From a bacterium (GTDB lineage Bacteria; UBA8248), in assembly GCA_965202625.1 (NCBI GenBank), contig CBDBBI010000010.1:1760001-1824000 (forward strand): DNA of 64,000 nt, in the 5' to 3' direction. This document shows positions 49,682-59,923 of the stretch, piece after piece. Made by a program: the position numbers and the translations under genes. How positions within the stretch are numbered: position 1 is the stretch's first letter; the number at the start of each line of letters is the position of its first letter. A model generated the notes under the pieces. That model was given only the letters and a program-made list of their open reading frames with translations. It was not told the origin of the DNA and made no database searches.

Positions 49682-49814
49682 GGATTCTCACTCTCCCTTG
49701 AGAGGCTTTCCGCCTCATGAGTGAAAAGGGGCGCCCGACGCACAGCTTGGCCTCGGGCTGCATCCTTGATTGTAAGACCACTTTTAGCCTGATTCAGGCG
49801 AAATGAAAACCACC

Positions 49815-51059
49815 TTAGCCGCCTGGCGCCTCGTAGCGAATTTCACCGTGGGTGACGGTGCAGATGACGAATGAGCGGGCGTCGAACACGTCTCCTAGGT
49901 TCAAATCCCCAGAACCAGGCGCGGGCTTCAGGACGCAAAAATCCGCCGCGCCCCCCGGGCTGAGCACACCCGCCTCATCGAAGCCGAGAGCCGCTGCGCC
50001 CGCCTGGGTGCACATTCTCAGCAGTTCGGCGTCCACGACCTCCGCGCCTGTCTGGCGAAGCGCGCGGGCCTCATCCAGAAGCGAGAGCGTGGGGCTGCTC
50101 GCCCGGCTGTCCGTTCCAAGGCACAAATCCAGCCCCGCTTCGCGCATCCGGTTCACGTCGGCGAACGGATGGCCGAAAAAATGCGCCGAGCGCGGACAGA
50201 GACAAACACACACCCCGTTTCTGATGAGCACTCTCCAGTCCTCCACGTTCGTCTGGTTTCCGTGGGCGGCCAGGGAGAGGCCATTGAGTGCTCCTACGAG
50301 GTCCAGGTGGGCGACCGGACGAAGCCCGGAGGGCGCAAAACCATCCAGAGAGCCCCTCAGCTCCCGATGCGCTACGGCGAACGCCCCGGTTCCGTTTTGC
50401 AAGAATGCGACTTCATGCGCGCTTTCCGCCAAGTGCGTCGTCATGGGCCAGCCTCTCGCTCTCGCCTCATCGCGCGCCGCTTGGTAGAGAGCGAGCGACG
50501 CGGTCCATGGGGCATGGGGGCTGAGGCCATGCCGAACAGCGTTCGGGACGACGCCTTGATAGTGGGGAAAAAGGGCATGCACCTCAAGTTTCCGCGCCAG
50601 AATTTCATCTGCCCGTGCTGGGTCAAGCCCCAGCACCTCATGAAACACCACCCCGCGCATTCCGGCGTCGGCGATCGCGGTTGCGCTTTCGCCTGAAGTC
50701 GAGACGTCTCCGACGCACGTGACGCCCGCGGCCAGGCTCTCGGCGACGCCGATGCGCGCGGAGGCCAGAAAAAGATGCGCGGGCCATTCCCGCACCTCTC
50801 GCACAAGCAGCACTATCCACTCCTCCATCGGCCCCGGCTTCCGGGCAAGACCAGAGAGCTCCAAGTGCGTGTGCGCGTTGACCAGACCCGGAAGGAGAAT
50901 CGCCCGTCCAAAATCCCGCTCGTGGGCCACCGGCTTAGCCGGACGCACGAAGCTCTCCTCCCCGACCGCCAGAATGCGGCCTGCCGCTGTGAGAATTGCC
51001 CCGCGCCGAATGGGCGGGCCCTCCACCGGACAAACGAGGTCCGCCAACCAAAGCGACAT
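49815..51059 (-). CDS. Amidohydrolase, probable aminofutalosine deaminase
   Basis: PGLVNAHTHLELS, SPHAP, HLAES, LGTDS; directly downstream of mqnC (specific function inferred). Confidence 0.75.
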   Translation of the reverse strand: MSLWLADLVCPVEGPPIRRGAILTAAGRILAVGEESFVRPAKPVAHERDFGRAILLPGLVNAHTHLELSGLARKPGPMEEWIVLLVREVREWPAHLFLASARIGVAESLAAGVTCVGDVSTSGESATAIADAGMRGVVFHEVLGLDPARADEILARKLEVHALFPHYQGVVPNAVRHGLSPHAPWTASLALYQAARDEARARGWPMTTHLAESAHEVAFLQNGTGAFAVAHRELRGSLDGFAPSGLRPVAHLDLVGALNGLSLAAHGNQTNVEDWRVLIRNGVCVCLCPRSAHFFGHPFADVNRMREAGLDLCLGTDSRASSPTLSLLDEARALRQTGAEVVDAELLRMCTQAGAAALGFDEAGVLSPGGAADFCVLKPAPGSGDLNLGDVFDARSFVICTVTHGEIRYEAPGG

Positions 51060-51112
51060 CTCCTGCGTCTGGGAGTTTCGGACCGATTCCGTCGCCACGG
51101 GAGAAAGTGTCG

Positions 51113-52192
51113 TTAAATCAAAGCGTAGAAAAAATTGCGCCGCCTCGGCTTGAAGCCGGCGTTTCGCGCCATGCGGTGAAGGTCGGCCTCGTTCAGGGCG
51201 TAGGTCGTTCCTGCGGCGCTCACGACGTTTTCCTCCAGCATGGTGGAGCCCATGTCGTTGCACCCGTAGCGCAAGGAGAGCTCGCCGATCTTCATGCCTT
51301 GCGTCACCCAAGAGGACTGAAAGTTCACGACGTTGTCCAAGTACAAACGGCTGATCGCCAAGGTTCTCAAATACTCGATACTCCCCACCGTCGGTGCCTT
51401 GAGCGTAGCCGCGCCGTCATTCTGAAACGTCCAGCAGACGTAGGCCGTAAATCCTCCCGTCTCATCCTGAAGCGCGCGCAGGCGGTGGAGATGTGTCATC
51501 CGCTCCGCGCCGGTTTCTACGTGGCCAAACATCATCGTGGCGGTGGAGCGAATCCCCAGCCCGTGTGCGGCGCGCATCACGTCGAGCCATCCCTGTGCAT
51601 TCACCTTGAGCCTCGAGATTTTATCGCGCACGCGATCGACGAGAATCTCCCCACCACCGCCTGGAAGGGAGTCAAGGCCCGCCCCGCGCAGGCGGGCGAG
51701 CACCACTTCATAGGGCATGTCCTCAAGCCGGGCGATGTGGTGAATCTCGGGTGGACTCAAGGCGTGGAGATGAAGATCAGGAAACGCGCCCTTCATCCAG
51801 GAGAAGAGTTCTTCATACCATTCGATCCGCAAATCCGGATGGTGCCCCCCTTGCAACAACACCTGCTTGCCGCCGACGGCGTAGAGTTCATCAAGTTTTT
51901 CTCTGATCTCCTCCCGCGTCCTGACGTAAGCCTCCGGATGTTCTCCCGGCGGACGGTAGAACGCGCAAAACGTGCAATACACATCGCACACGTTCGTATA
52001 GTTGACGTTCCTGTCCACGCAATACGTGGCGTAGCCCTCGGGGTGCAGACGCGCGCGCACGTCATCCGCCGCTGCGCCCAAGGCGGTGAGGTCGTCGCCT
52101 TCAAGCAGGGCGAGTCCCTCCTCGTAGGAAAGCCTCTCTCCTCCCGCCGCCTTCTCAATCGCCTCATAAAAAGCCGTCGTTGCCGTAGTCAT
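51113..52192 (-). CDS. mqnC: Cyclic dehypoxanthinyl futalosine synthase
   Basis: DRNVNYTNVCDVYCTFCAF, LLQGGHHP, QSSWVTQG, MLEENVVSAAG. Confidence 0.93.
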   Translation of the reverse strand: MTTATTAFYEAIEKAAGGERLSYEEGLALLEGDDLTALGAAADDVRARLHPEGYATYCVDRNVNYTNVCDVYCTFCAFYRPPGEHPEAYVRTREEIREKLDELYAVGGKQVLLQGGHHPDLRIEWYEELFSWMKGAFPDLHLHALSPPEIHHIARLEDMPYEVVLARLRGAGLDSLPGGGGEILVDRVRDKISRLKVNAQGWLDVMRAAHGLGIRSTATMMFGHVETGAERMTHLHRLRALQDETGGFTAYVCWTFQNDGAATLKAPTVGSIEYLRTLAISRLYLDNVVNFQSSWVTQGMKIGELSLRYGCNDMGSTMLEENVVSAAGTTYALNEADLHRMARNAGFKPRRRNFFYALI

Positions 52193-52276
52193 GGATCCCT
52201 CAAACGGGGTTCAGCAAATAATGCGTGAGAGACAGAGGCAGGTCAACAGATGAAACTGACGCATTCAACCCATCGC

Positions 52277-53593
52277 CTAGCCGAGGTCCACGTCATGGGG
52301 ATTCACGATGGCGCGGATCGTCAGCGGCGCAGCGCGGTTGCGCACACCGATCTCATGCTGAGGAAAAGAGGAGACGTCCACCCCCGCGCGTTCGGCCACA
52401 TGGGCGGAGATGACGAGCCGGCAGCGATATTCCTTGGTCAATTCCTGCAGGCGGCTGGCTGTGTTCACCGTATCGCCCACCACCGTGAGATATTTGGCCA
52501 CACCCCGGCCCATCTCGCCTACCACGGTGGGACCTATATGGACACCGATGCCCACGTGAAACGGCTCTTCCAATTCCTTCTTCGAACGCCTGGATCATTT
52601 CATCGAGTGCATCCACGATGGCACAGGCCGCCGCAAGCGCCTGCCTGCACCCTTTGTCGGACCCTCCCTCCACCCCGAAGATCGCCATGACGCCATCGCC
52701 CACAAACTGGTTGATCAACCCTCCCTCCTTGGTGATCGCCTCGCCCATCACCTCGGAGTAGTAGTTGAGAAAAAACACCACGTCATAGGGGAGTTTTTGC
52801 TCCGAGATACGCCAAGCGAATATTGGATGGGGCCTTGATCCGATCCAAGACGCACTGTTCCGCCGACTACGCGGGCGACAAACCTTCTCCCCCGCTTAGG
52901 AGCTCACCCAGCAGGTGGAGCAACACCCGCGCCCCCGCACACAGAGGCGTGTGGAACGCCAGGGGAGCGACTCGCCTCCAATATGGTGGCGCCCACCGGA
53001 GCGACGGCTTCGCGCCCACCCTAGCTGAAACCCGAAAGCGAGAGCGCGACGACGAGCACTATAATGGACAGGCATACCGGAAACCACCGTGCATACCCGG
53101 ACTTGAACCTCAACCAGTAATGCAGGCCGACACAACCGTGCGTCCAGGCAATGAGCAAAAAAATCGCTTGTTTGAGGCCAACGTCCGGAGAGCGTTCCAG
53201 ATAGAGAAACATCAGCCGCGAGTAGGAGTTCACCGAACCAAACCATTCATGGGCCAAGCGCGTCCTCACTATGTGGGGAATCAAAAACAACGGAATGGAA
53301 AAACCGAAGACGAGCTGGGCCGCCTCCCACGCCGGCATCCGAAGGCTTCGGCGGTTGAACAAACCGCGCATCGCACGCGAGCGAACCATAGAGCAACAGC
53401 GTGCCGACGCCGCTTCGCCAGAATCCCAAAAACCAGGGCCTGCCCGACTCCATCGCTTCGAGCGAAGCCAGCCCCAGGGCGTGATTCAGAAGTGGGTCGT
53501 GAAAAAGAAAACAAGAACGCAGCCGGTGATGAGGCTCACGCCTCTGGGCCAGTTTTTGAAGGACGACGTGGCCGCAGCCGTGTCATAGGTCAT
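52277..53593 (-). pseudogene. Membrane adenylate/guanylate cyclase with 2Fe-2S domain, degraded
   Basis: Fragments NHALGLASLEAME, WTHGCVGLHYWLR, GRGCCSTC, PYDVVFFLNYY..FVGDGVMAIFG, GIGVHIG..VGDTVNTASRLQ in different frames with large gaps. Confidence 0.85.
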
Positions 53594-53617
53594 CAAGCAT
53601 GCCTCCAAAGAGGCGAT

Positions 53618-54409
53618 TCAGACTGGTTTTTTTTCCAGGAATCTGCTCATCTCAGCGATGAAGGCGTTCGGTTGATCCCAAAAGACGCTGTGGCCCGCAT
53701 CGGAGATGATCGAGAGCGAGCAATCGGGCACGTTCTCGGAATACACGCCGCTAAAATCCAAAGGCCCCGCGTCCCTCTCCCCATAACAAACCCAAGTAGG
53801 CGCGGAGATATCAGACAGCCGCGCCCTTAAGTCCGGCATCGTGAACAGCGCGTTCGCCGTATCTGCGAACGTCCGAGGCGTATTTTTAAGAAACAGCGCC
53901 GCATATTCCCGGGCGAGGGGGCCATCGCGCAGGCTCTCGGGAATTTCGCCGCGGCGCATCTTGAACGCAAGCAACGCCTCCATCCCCTCCGATTCGACCA
54001 CCCGCAGCTGCTCCTTGAACGTTCTTCGATACGCGCCCGAGGGCGGCCCGGCGGAGGAGGCGGAGAGCATGAGGCGATTCAGGCGATCAGGGTGCTGAAT
54101 GGCGAACATGGTCCCCGCGCGCCCGCCCATGCTTTGTCCGAGGTAATCGGCGCGCTCGATTTCGAGAGCGTCCAGAAAACCCAGCACGTCATCGGCGAAG
54201 GTTTGTATCGTGTAAGGGCCTTCAGGTTTGTCCGAATCGCCGTGGCCACGTAGATCAATCGCCAAAACCCTGAAGTGCCTCTCCAGCCAATCGACGATGG
54301 GACGGAAGGTGAAATGAGAGCTCTGGAACCCGTGAACCAATAGAAGCGGAGGTCCCTCTCCGCCTTCCGCGTAATGGATGCCGACGCCATTCACTCGCGC
54401 TTTCGGCAA
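53618..54409 (-). CDS. Alpha/beta hydrolase
   Basis: LVHGF, DLRGHGDS, GQSMGG, AGH. Confidence 0.9.
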   Translation of the reverse strand: MPKARVNGVGIHYAEGGEGPPLLLVHGFQSSHFTFRPIVDWLERHFRVLAIDLRGHGDSDKPEGPYTIQTFADDVLGFLDALEIERADYLGQSMGGRAGTMFAIQHPDRLNRLMLSASSAGPPSGAYRRTFKEQLRVVESEGMEALLAFKMRRGEIPESLRDGPLAREYAALFLKNTPRTFADTANALFTMPDLRARLSDISAPTWVCYGERDAGPLDFSGVYSENVPDCSLSIISDAGHSVFWDQPNAFIAEMSRFLEKKPV

Positions 54410-54537
54410 AACCTGCTCCTTAATCCAAAGAAATCGGGTTGGACGAGGCTTCCCCGGGGGTTGCGTCCATGTCGCTTACACATAGAGATAAAAACCAAGC
54501 GCACTGAGCAGCGCATCGCTCATTCGTCTGGGTAAGG

Positions 54538-56778
54538 TCAAAAAGGCTGCGCGGGTCTTCTTTCGGGCGTCGCCTCCTCGTAGGCGTGCGCTACGCGCAA
54601 AACGTCTTTCTCACGCCAAGGACCGCTCACGATCTGCAGTCCCATCGGCAGACCCTCGGAGTTCGCGCCCATAGGAGTGACGAGCGCGGGAAAGCCTGTG
54701 GCGTTGTGGACCGAGAGAAACGGCCGGTGAATGTTCTGATAGGGAACTTCCCGTCCGTTGAGACGGGCGACAAGCGTCTCTATCGGCGGGGCGACGCAGG
54801 GCATGGCAGGCTGGATGAGCGCATCTGCGCCCTCGAAAAACGCCGCCGCCGCCCGTTGGACCAGGACGCGCTCCCTCATCGCGCGGGCGTAATCATCCAA
54901 AGACACCTTGAACGACCACTCCAGGCGCTCGCGCACGTCATCCCCGTAGCCTGCGGGGTTTTTGTCGAAAAACGGCCGGTGAAACTCGCTGAACTCAGGC
55001 CCGGCAATGGCGGGAAACAAATCTATCAGCCACTGGTGATGGGGAAAGGAAACCTCTTCCACACTGGCGCCCAAAGCGCGAAACACTTCCACCGCACCCT
55101 CGAACGCCGCCATGATCTCGACATCCACCTCCGCGCGGCCATGATAGTCCGGGCAGACGAGAAGGCGCGCTCCTCGGACTCCATCCTCTATTCCGGCAGC
55201 GTAGTCGGGCACTGGCGCGTCGCGGGATTTTGAATCCTGCGGATCGTAGCCCGCCATCACCTGGAGAATAAGGGCGGCGTCGCGCGCCGAGCGCGTCATG
55301 GGGCCCGCGTGGTCCAAGCTCGGGACGTTGGGACATATCCCCCTCAAGCTCACCCGGCCATGGGTCGGCTTGAAGCCCACGATCCCGCACAAAACGGCGG
55401 GAGTCCGGATGGAGCCGCCCGTGTCCGTGCCGACAGCAGCAGGGGCGAGCCCCGCCGCGCAAGCGGCGGCGGAGCCGCCACTTGAGCCGCCGACGATACG
55501 TGTGGAGTCGCATGGGTTTCTCGTCGTCCCGTAGTGGGGATTTATCGTGGTCGAGGCGGCGGCGAACTCATGGGTGTTCGTCTTCCCCAGCATGATCGCG
55601 CCGGCCTGGTTCAGACGCCGGACGATCTCCGCGTCCTTGCGCGGAACGTTGTCCCGATGGAAAGAAGAACCGTTCGTCGTGAGAACCCCCGCCGTATCCA
55701 CGATGTCCTTGATGCCGCAGGGAACGCCGTGCATAAACCCTCGCCATTGGTTTTTCACTATCTCGCCCTCGGCGGCGCGCGCTGCCTCCATCGCGCTCTC
55801 GGCCGTCACAGTCTGATAGGCGAATATTCCGGGGTTCAGCGATTCGATACGTCGCAGATGCGCTTCTACCACCTCAACCGGCGATACCTGTTTTTTGCGA
55901 ATCAGTTGCGAGAGCTCGTAAATGCTGGCGAAACAAAGCGCATCGCCCATGTCATCGCCTCCTGACGCCGCTTCGCCCCGCATCTCCACATGCCCTCCGG
56001 CCTCGCCGACGCGTCTCGCCAACCAGCCCCTGGGCGCCAAGCCTTCATCCGCCAAAAGCGCATAATACCGCCTCAAACCCTCCAGTTCCTCATCCCTCAA
56101 GTCGTAGCGAACGCACGCGGTGAGATAGCGCCACGCCGTGTTCTTGTCGACGTTCGGCGGAAGGGGACCGCTGACGATTTCCTCTATCCGTTTCACGCCC
56201 TCTTTTTTCGCGTCTTGCAAAAGCGCGGCGACGCTCGCATCCCCCGCCTCCGGCCGGAACACCCACAGCGCATAGACGAAGGGTAGCCCGGTGAAGTTCG
56301 TCCACTCCTCGCCCAGGTCGAGAACGTAATGATCCCCTGGCGGTTCCTGCAAGGCGTTGTCCCCGATGAGCAGGAAGGCGTCGAGCGTCTCATCCCCTCG
56401 GGGAGGCTTGAGCGGGTCGATGGGAACGAACTCGGGTGCCGCCCCCCACCTATACTTGAGATAGATGCGCGCCATGTTCGCCGCGGCGAGCGACCAGCTG
56501 TCCAAGCCCACGCGCCGCAGGGAATCCGCCGGCCTTCGGCAGTAGAGGCGGATGCTCTCCACGGGTCCCCTGCTTGCGATGCTCACGCCGGGGACGAAGC
56601 GTGCGTTCGGGATATGAAAAAGGGCGAAAGAGGAGACAAGCGCGCCGTCGAGAGCACCGCTTGAGAGCATCCGCGCCAGCTTCGAGGGGGGCGCCACGAC
56701 AAGTGCAACGTCGGGTTTTCCCTCCAGCGCGATGGTGAGCGGCTTTGCATTCAGAAAGGGAACCGTGCCCAGCCTCAT
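54538..56778 (-). CDS. mqnA: Chorismate dehydratase MqnA fused in frame to an amidase-signature enzyme
   Basis: N-terminal VPFLNAKPL, LLIGDNAL, DLGEEW..TGLPFVYALW; C-terminal GGSSGGSAA..GTDTGGSIRTP from Met at 55950. Confidence 0.85.
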   Translation of the reverse strand: MRLGTVPFLNAKPLTIALEGKPDVALVVAPPSKLARMLSSGALDGALVSSFALFHIPNARFVPGVSIASRGPVESIRLYCRRPADSLRRVGLDSWSLAAANMARIYLKYRWGAAPEFVPIDPLKPPRGDETLDAFLLIGDNALQEPPGDHYVLDLGEEWTNFTGLPFVYALWVFRPEAGDASVAALLQDAKKEGVKRIEEIVSGPLPPNVDKNTAWRYLTACVRYDLRDEELEGLRRYYALLADEGLAPRGWLARRVGEAGGHVEMRGEAASGGDDMGDALCFASIYELSQLIRKKQVSPVEVVEAHLRRIESLNPGIFAYQTVTAESAMEAARAAEGEIVKNQWRGFMHGVPCGIKDIVDTAGVLTTNGSSFHRDNVPRKDAEIVRRLNQAGAIMLGKTNTHEFAAASTTINPHYGTTRNPCDSTRIVGGSSGGSAAACAAGLAPAAVGTDTGGSIRTPAVLCGIVGFKPTHGRVSLRGICPNVPSLDHAGPMTRSARDAALILQVMAGYDPQDSKSRDAPVPDYAAGIEDGVRGARLLVCPDYHGRAEVDVEIMAAFEGAVEVFRALGASVEEVSFPHHQWLIDLFPAIAGPEFSEFHRPFFDKNPAGYGDDVRERLEWSFKVSLDDYARAMRERVLVQRAAAAFFEGADALIQPAMPCVAPPIETLVARLNGREVPYQNIHRPFLSVHNATGFPALVTPMGANSEGLPMGLQIVSGPWREKDVLRVAHAYEEATPERRPAQPF

Positions 56779-56785
56779 GACGACT

Positions 56786-57925
56786 CTACGCGCGGACGGC
56801 CCATTGGTCTCCCTGACGGACGACTTCCCGGTAGAGAGTGTCGCGCTCGATGGGTTCGCGCCCCGCCTCCCGAATGAGCACGCGGATGTCGCCCACCGTA
56901 AGCTCGTGCGGCGTGCGGGCGCCTGCCATGTGGTATATCTTCTCCTGAACGACGGTGCCGTCCAGATCGTCTACGCCGAAGTGCTGGGAAATTTGCGCGA
57001 TGGGCTGCCCCACCATGATCCAATAGGCCTTGACGTGAGGAACGTTGTCGAGCATGAGGCGGCCGACAGAGTAGTTCTTGAGATCGAGCATCCCACCGGC
57101 TAGGGGGATGTCGTCCATCTGCGTGTTCTCAGGGTGAAACGCCAAGGGGATGAAGGTGGTGAATCCGCCCGTCTCATCCTGTAAGTCTCTGAGCCTGAGC
57201 ATGTGATCCACGCGATCGGCGTTCGATTCCACATGCCCGTAGAGCATGGTGCACGTGCTTCGGACGCCCTTGTGGTGGGCGATGCGGTGCACCTCCAGCC
57301 AATCCTCCGCCGATTGCTTACCCTTGCAGATTTGAGAGCGCGTCGGCTCGGCAAAAATCTCCGCCCCCCCGCCCGTGAGCGAATCAAGGCCCGAACGCAC
57401 GAGATGGTCGAGCGTCTCCTCGACGCTCATCCTGGCGATGCGATCGGCCAACCAGCGAATCTCCGTCGCCGTAAAAATCTTCAGGTGCAGGTGCGGATGT
57501 ATCTCCTTGATGCCCTGGATCATCTCCAGATAGTAGTCAAAGGGCAGGTCTGGATGCAGGCCGCCCACCATGTGGAACTCGGTGCGGCCTCGCCCCAGGG
57601 TTTCCGCCATCCGGAAAATTTCCTCCAGCGAATAGGCATAGGCGTCCTTCTCGCCCTCTTTCTTGCCGAACGCGCAAAACTTGCACGCCTTCCAGAGCAC
57701 GCAGACATTAGAATAGTTGATGTGACTGTTCACGTTGTAATAGGTGCGGTTCCCATGCAACCGCTCGCGCGCAAGGTTCGCCAGATAGCCGAGGGCATTG
57801 ACGTCCTCGGTCTCGTAGAGACGCACGCCCTCGTCGAAGGAAAGGCGAAGTCCGCCTTCTACTTTTTCAAGAATATCGCCCAGAGGCCCCTTCAGAATGC
57901 GGGCGCGCATGAAATCGCCGCTCAC
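56786..57925 (-). other. mqnE: Aminofutalosine synthase
   Basis: HINYSNVCVLWKACKFCAF, HMVGGLHP, HVKAYW, DDLDGTVVQEKIYHMAGA. Confidence 0.93.
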
Positions 57926-57986
57926 ATCTCACCCTCTCGTTGCCCGTCCTATCCGAAAATCGCTCCATCCAGCCGCACGCGGGAAA

Positions 57987-58015
57987 ATTCTAGATGCTTG
58001 GTAGTGGGATGTCAA
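57987..58015 (-). promoter_or_regulatory. Putative sigma70 promoter of mqnE
   Basis: Minus strand TTGACA-17 nt-TAGAAT, about 60 nt upstream of mqnE. Confidence 0.6.
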
Positions 58016-58076
58016 CGAAGGAGAATTATATTACGTGATTAGACAGGAAGCGTAAAAAACACACTTCCTCGGCATT

Positions 58077-58123
58077 GAACGCAAAAGCCGGTACCTACTG
58101 ACGTGGGGCCGGCTTTTGCGTTC
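58077..58123. terminator. 15-bp perfect inverted repeat (terminator-like)
   Basis: GAACGCAAAAGCCGG-17 nt-CCGGCTTTTGCGTTC. Confidence 0.55.
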
Positions 58124-58336
58124 CATCGGACTACCACAAGTTATCTTCTGCCTTCCTCTGACGTCTTTTCCTTGAACGGCTGGCTGTCGATGTCGCTCGG
58201 TGATTTAGAACATCGTCGTTTTCATTTTAGTGACCGATCTGACAAGCAGGTCCTTTCGCGTATCAGTTTGGCAATAGACGGGAGGCAAGCCATATGTATA
58301 GTTCCCCTTGCTTGACACCACACATTTCAGAGAACG

Positions 58337-58567
58337 CTAGGGCCCGGGGTAAGCCTCGGGTGGTTTTGCTTCATCAGTAGATGGTTTCGCCCGTATCCTT
58401 TTTCGGGTAATGATGGCGTCCTCTCCCAGGCGCGTGATCTCGTCTTCCTTCTCCTCGCGCCCGTAGGCGTTGCCCTTCTCGAAAGCGAGTCGGCCGAACA
58501 GACGGTTCAGGTTGTTTCTCGCGACCTTTTCATCCTCGTCATCCTTTTTTCGCACCCCATCACTCAA
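58337..58567 (-). CDS. Small charged hypothetical protein
   Basis: TTG start behind AAGGGGG; co-oriented with neighbours; no motif. Confidence 0.35.
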   Translation of the reverse strand: MSDGVRKKDDEDEKVARNNLNRLFGRLAFEKGNAYGREEKEDEITRLGEDAIITRKRIRAKPSTDEAKPPEAYPGP

Positions 58568-58610
58568 GAGAACACCCCCTTTTCATGAAATGAACGCCGC
58601 GCGATTGCGC

Positions 58611-59729
58611 TCACAGCAATCCGTCCCTCACTCTCCATTTCTCGCCTATAGCCATGATCTTGATCCGGCCGGCGTCCGCTTCCGTCTGTTCGATTCGCGC
58701 CCTGAGGACGCGAGGCGGATCGTCAACTGGTTCATCGGTCAAATCAAACGTTCCCCAGTGCATGGGTATCATCCAGCGCGCGCGCAGATCGTGAAACGCC
58801 TGAAGCCCCTCGGCGGGGTTCATGTGGGGATATCGCATCATCCACCGGGGCGCGTATGCACCGATGGACAGCATCACCACGTCGATAGGGCCAAACTTCC
58901 GGCCATATTCCCTGAACCCATGAAAATAACCGCTGTCGCCCCCATGAAAATACCTGCGCGCCCCTGTATCAATGAGCCAAGAACACCAAAGGGTCGCGTC
59001 CCTTCCCATTCCGATGCGGTTCGACCAGTGCTGCGCCGGCAGGCAGGTGACGCTCACCCCCTCGTGTCGAGCACTCTCCCACCAGTTAAGTTCTACGGCG
59101 CGCCGACCCCGCGATTCCACGAAAGCACCCAAGCCCGCCGGCACGAACCACGTGACGTCCTCAGGCAGGTTCTCCACCGTCCATGAATCAAGATGATCAT
59201 AGTGGTTATGAGAAATCGTCGCCACCGCGCCACCCGGTACGGAGATCGCCGGAACACCCGGAGGCCGGTGACGTCCATACACCAAAGCCCGCGCGCCAAA
59301 GTGCGGGTCTGTCATGACAACGCGCGCGCCATCCTTGATGATGAAGCCGCAGTGGCCGATCCATGTGATAGAAGGCTCTTTTTCCGGCTTTGAGAGATAA
59401 GCGCCATCGTTGGAAACCACCGGGACGTCGGGTGCTCCGCTTCTTTTGACTTCCTCGAATTCGTTGCGATAGAGAAATTTCCACTTCAACAAATTCATCA
59501 TGGAGCCAGGATTGGGCCACCAGGGGTTGAACCATCTCCCCGGCACTCCATGCGGCCAGTAAAGGGATTCCGCCTCACGAGAGAGAAGACCCTGACTCTC
59601 AGGCGGGGACGGCGGCGGCGCCTTGACCCCAAAACCCATTCGCGCGCATCCGCCGGCAAGTCCCAAGGCCCCTAGGCTTATCAAGCTGGCGTGCTTGAGA
59701 AATCTTCTTCTGTTGATTTTCTGCTTCAT
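58611..59729 (-). CDS. Tat-exported MBL-fold metallohydrolase (NAPE-PLD-like)
   Basis: NRRRFLK Tat motif, LAGGC, SHNHYDHLD, GGDSGY, PMHWGTF. Confidence 0.92.
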   Translation of the reverse strand: MKQKINRRRFLKHASLISLGALGLAGGCARMGFGVKAPPPSPPESQGLLSREAESLYWPHGVPGRWFNPWWPNPGSMMNLLKWKFLYRNEFEEVKRSGAPDVPVVSNDGAYLSKPEKEPSITWIGHCGFIIKDGARVVMTDPHFGARALVYGRHRPPGVPAISVPGGAVATISHNHYDHLDSWTVENLPEDVTWFVPAGLGAFVESRGRRAVELNWWESARHEGVSVTCLPAQHWSNRIGMGRDATLWCSWLIDTGARRYFHGGDSGYFHGFREYGRKFGPIDVVMLSIGAYAPRWMMRYPHMNPAEGLQAFHDLRARWMIPMHWGTFDLTDEPVDDPPRVLRARIEQTEADAGRIKIMAIGEKWRVRDGLL

Positions 59730-59923
59730 CGCAACCTGCGCGGTGGCGGCTCAAAACACGGTGGATGCAAGCGCAAACGCCTCCATGGGCTTCCGTCAAG
59801 GCTCCTCCCGGTCTTATCTCGCTCTCATAGGCTCTTTTCCGACCCGCGCGGCCTTGGCGAGGGGTTTTAGAGCGTCCTCACTCGGCCTAAGGGAGGCGGT
59901 CTCCTTCCGCCGAAGACGAAAAG

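Noticed and set aside
53480-53490. In-frame TGA in the cyclase gene as possible Sec
   Set aside because: Arises from a frameshift in H-F-L-N-H; no Cys context
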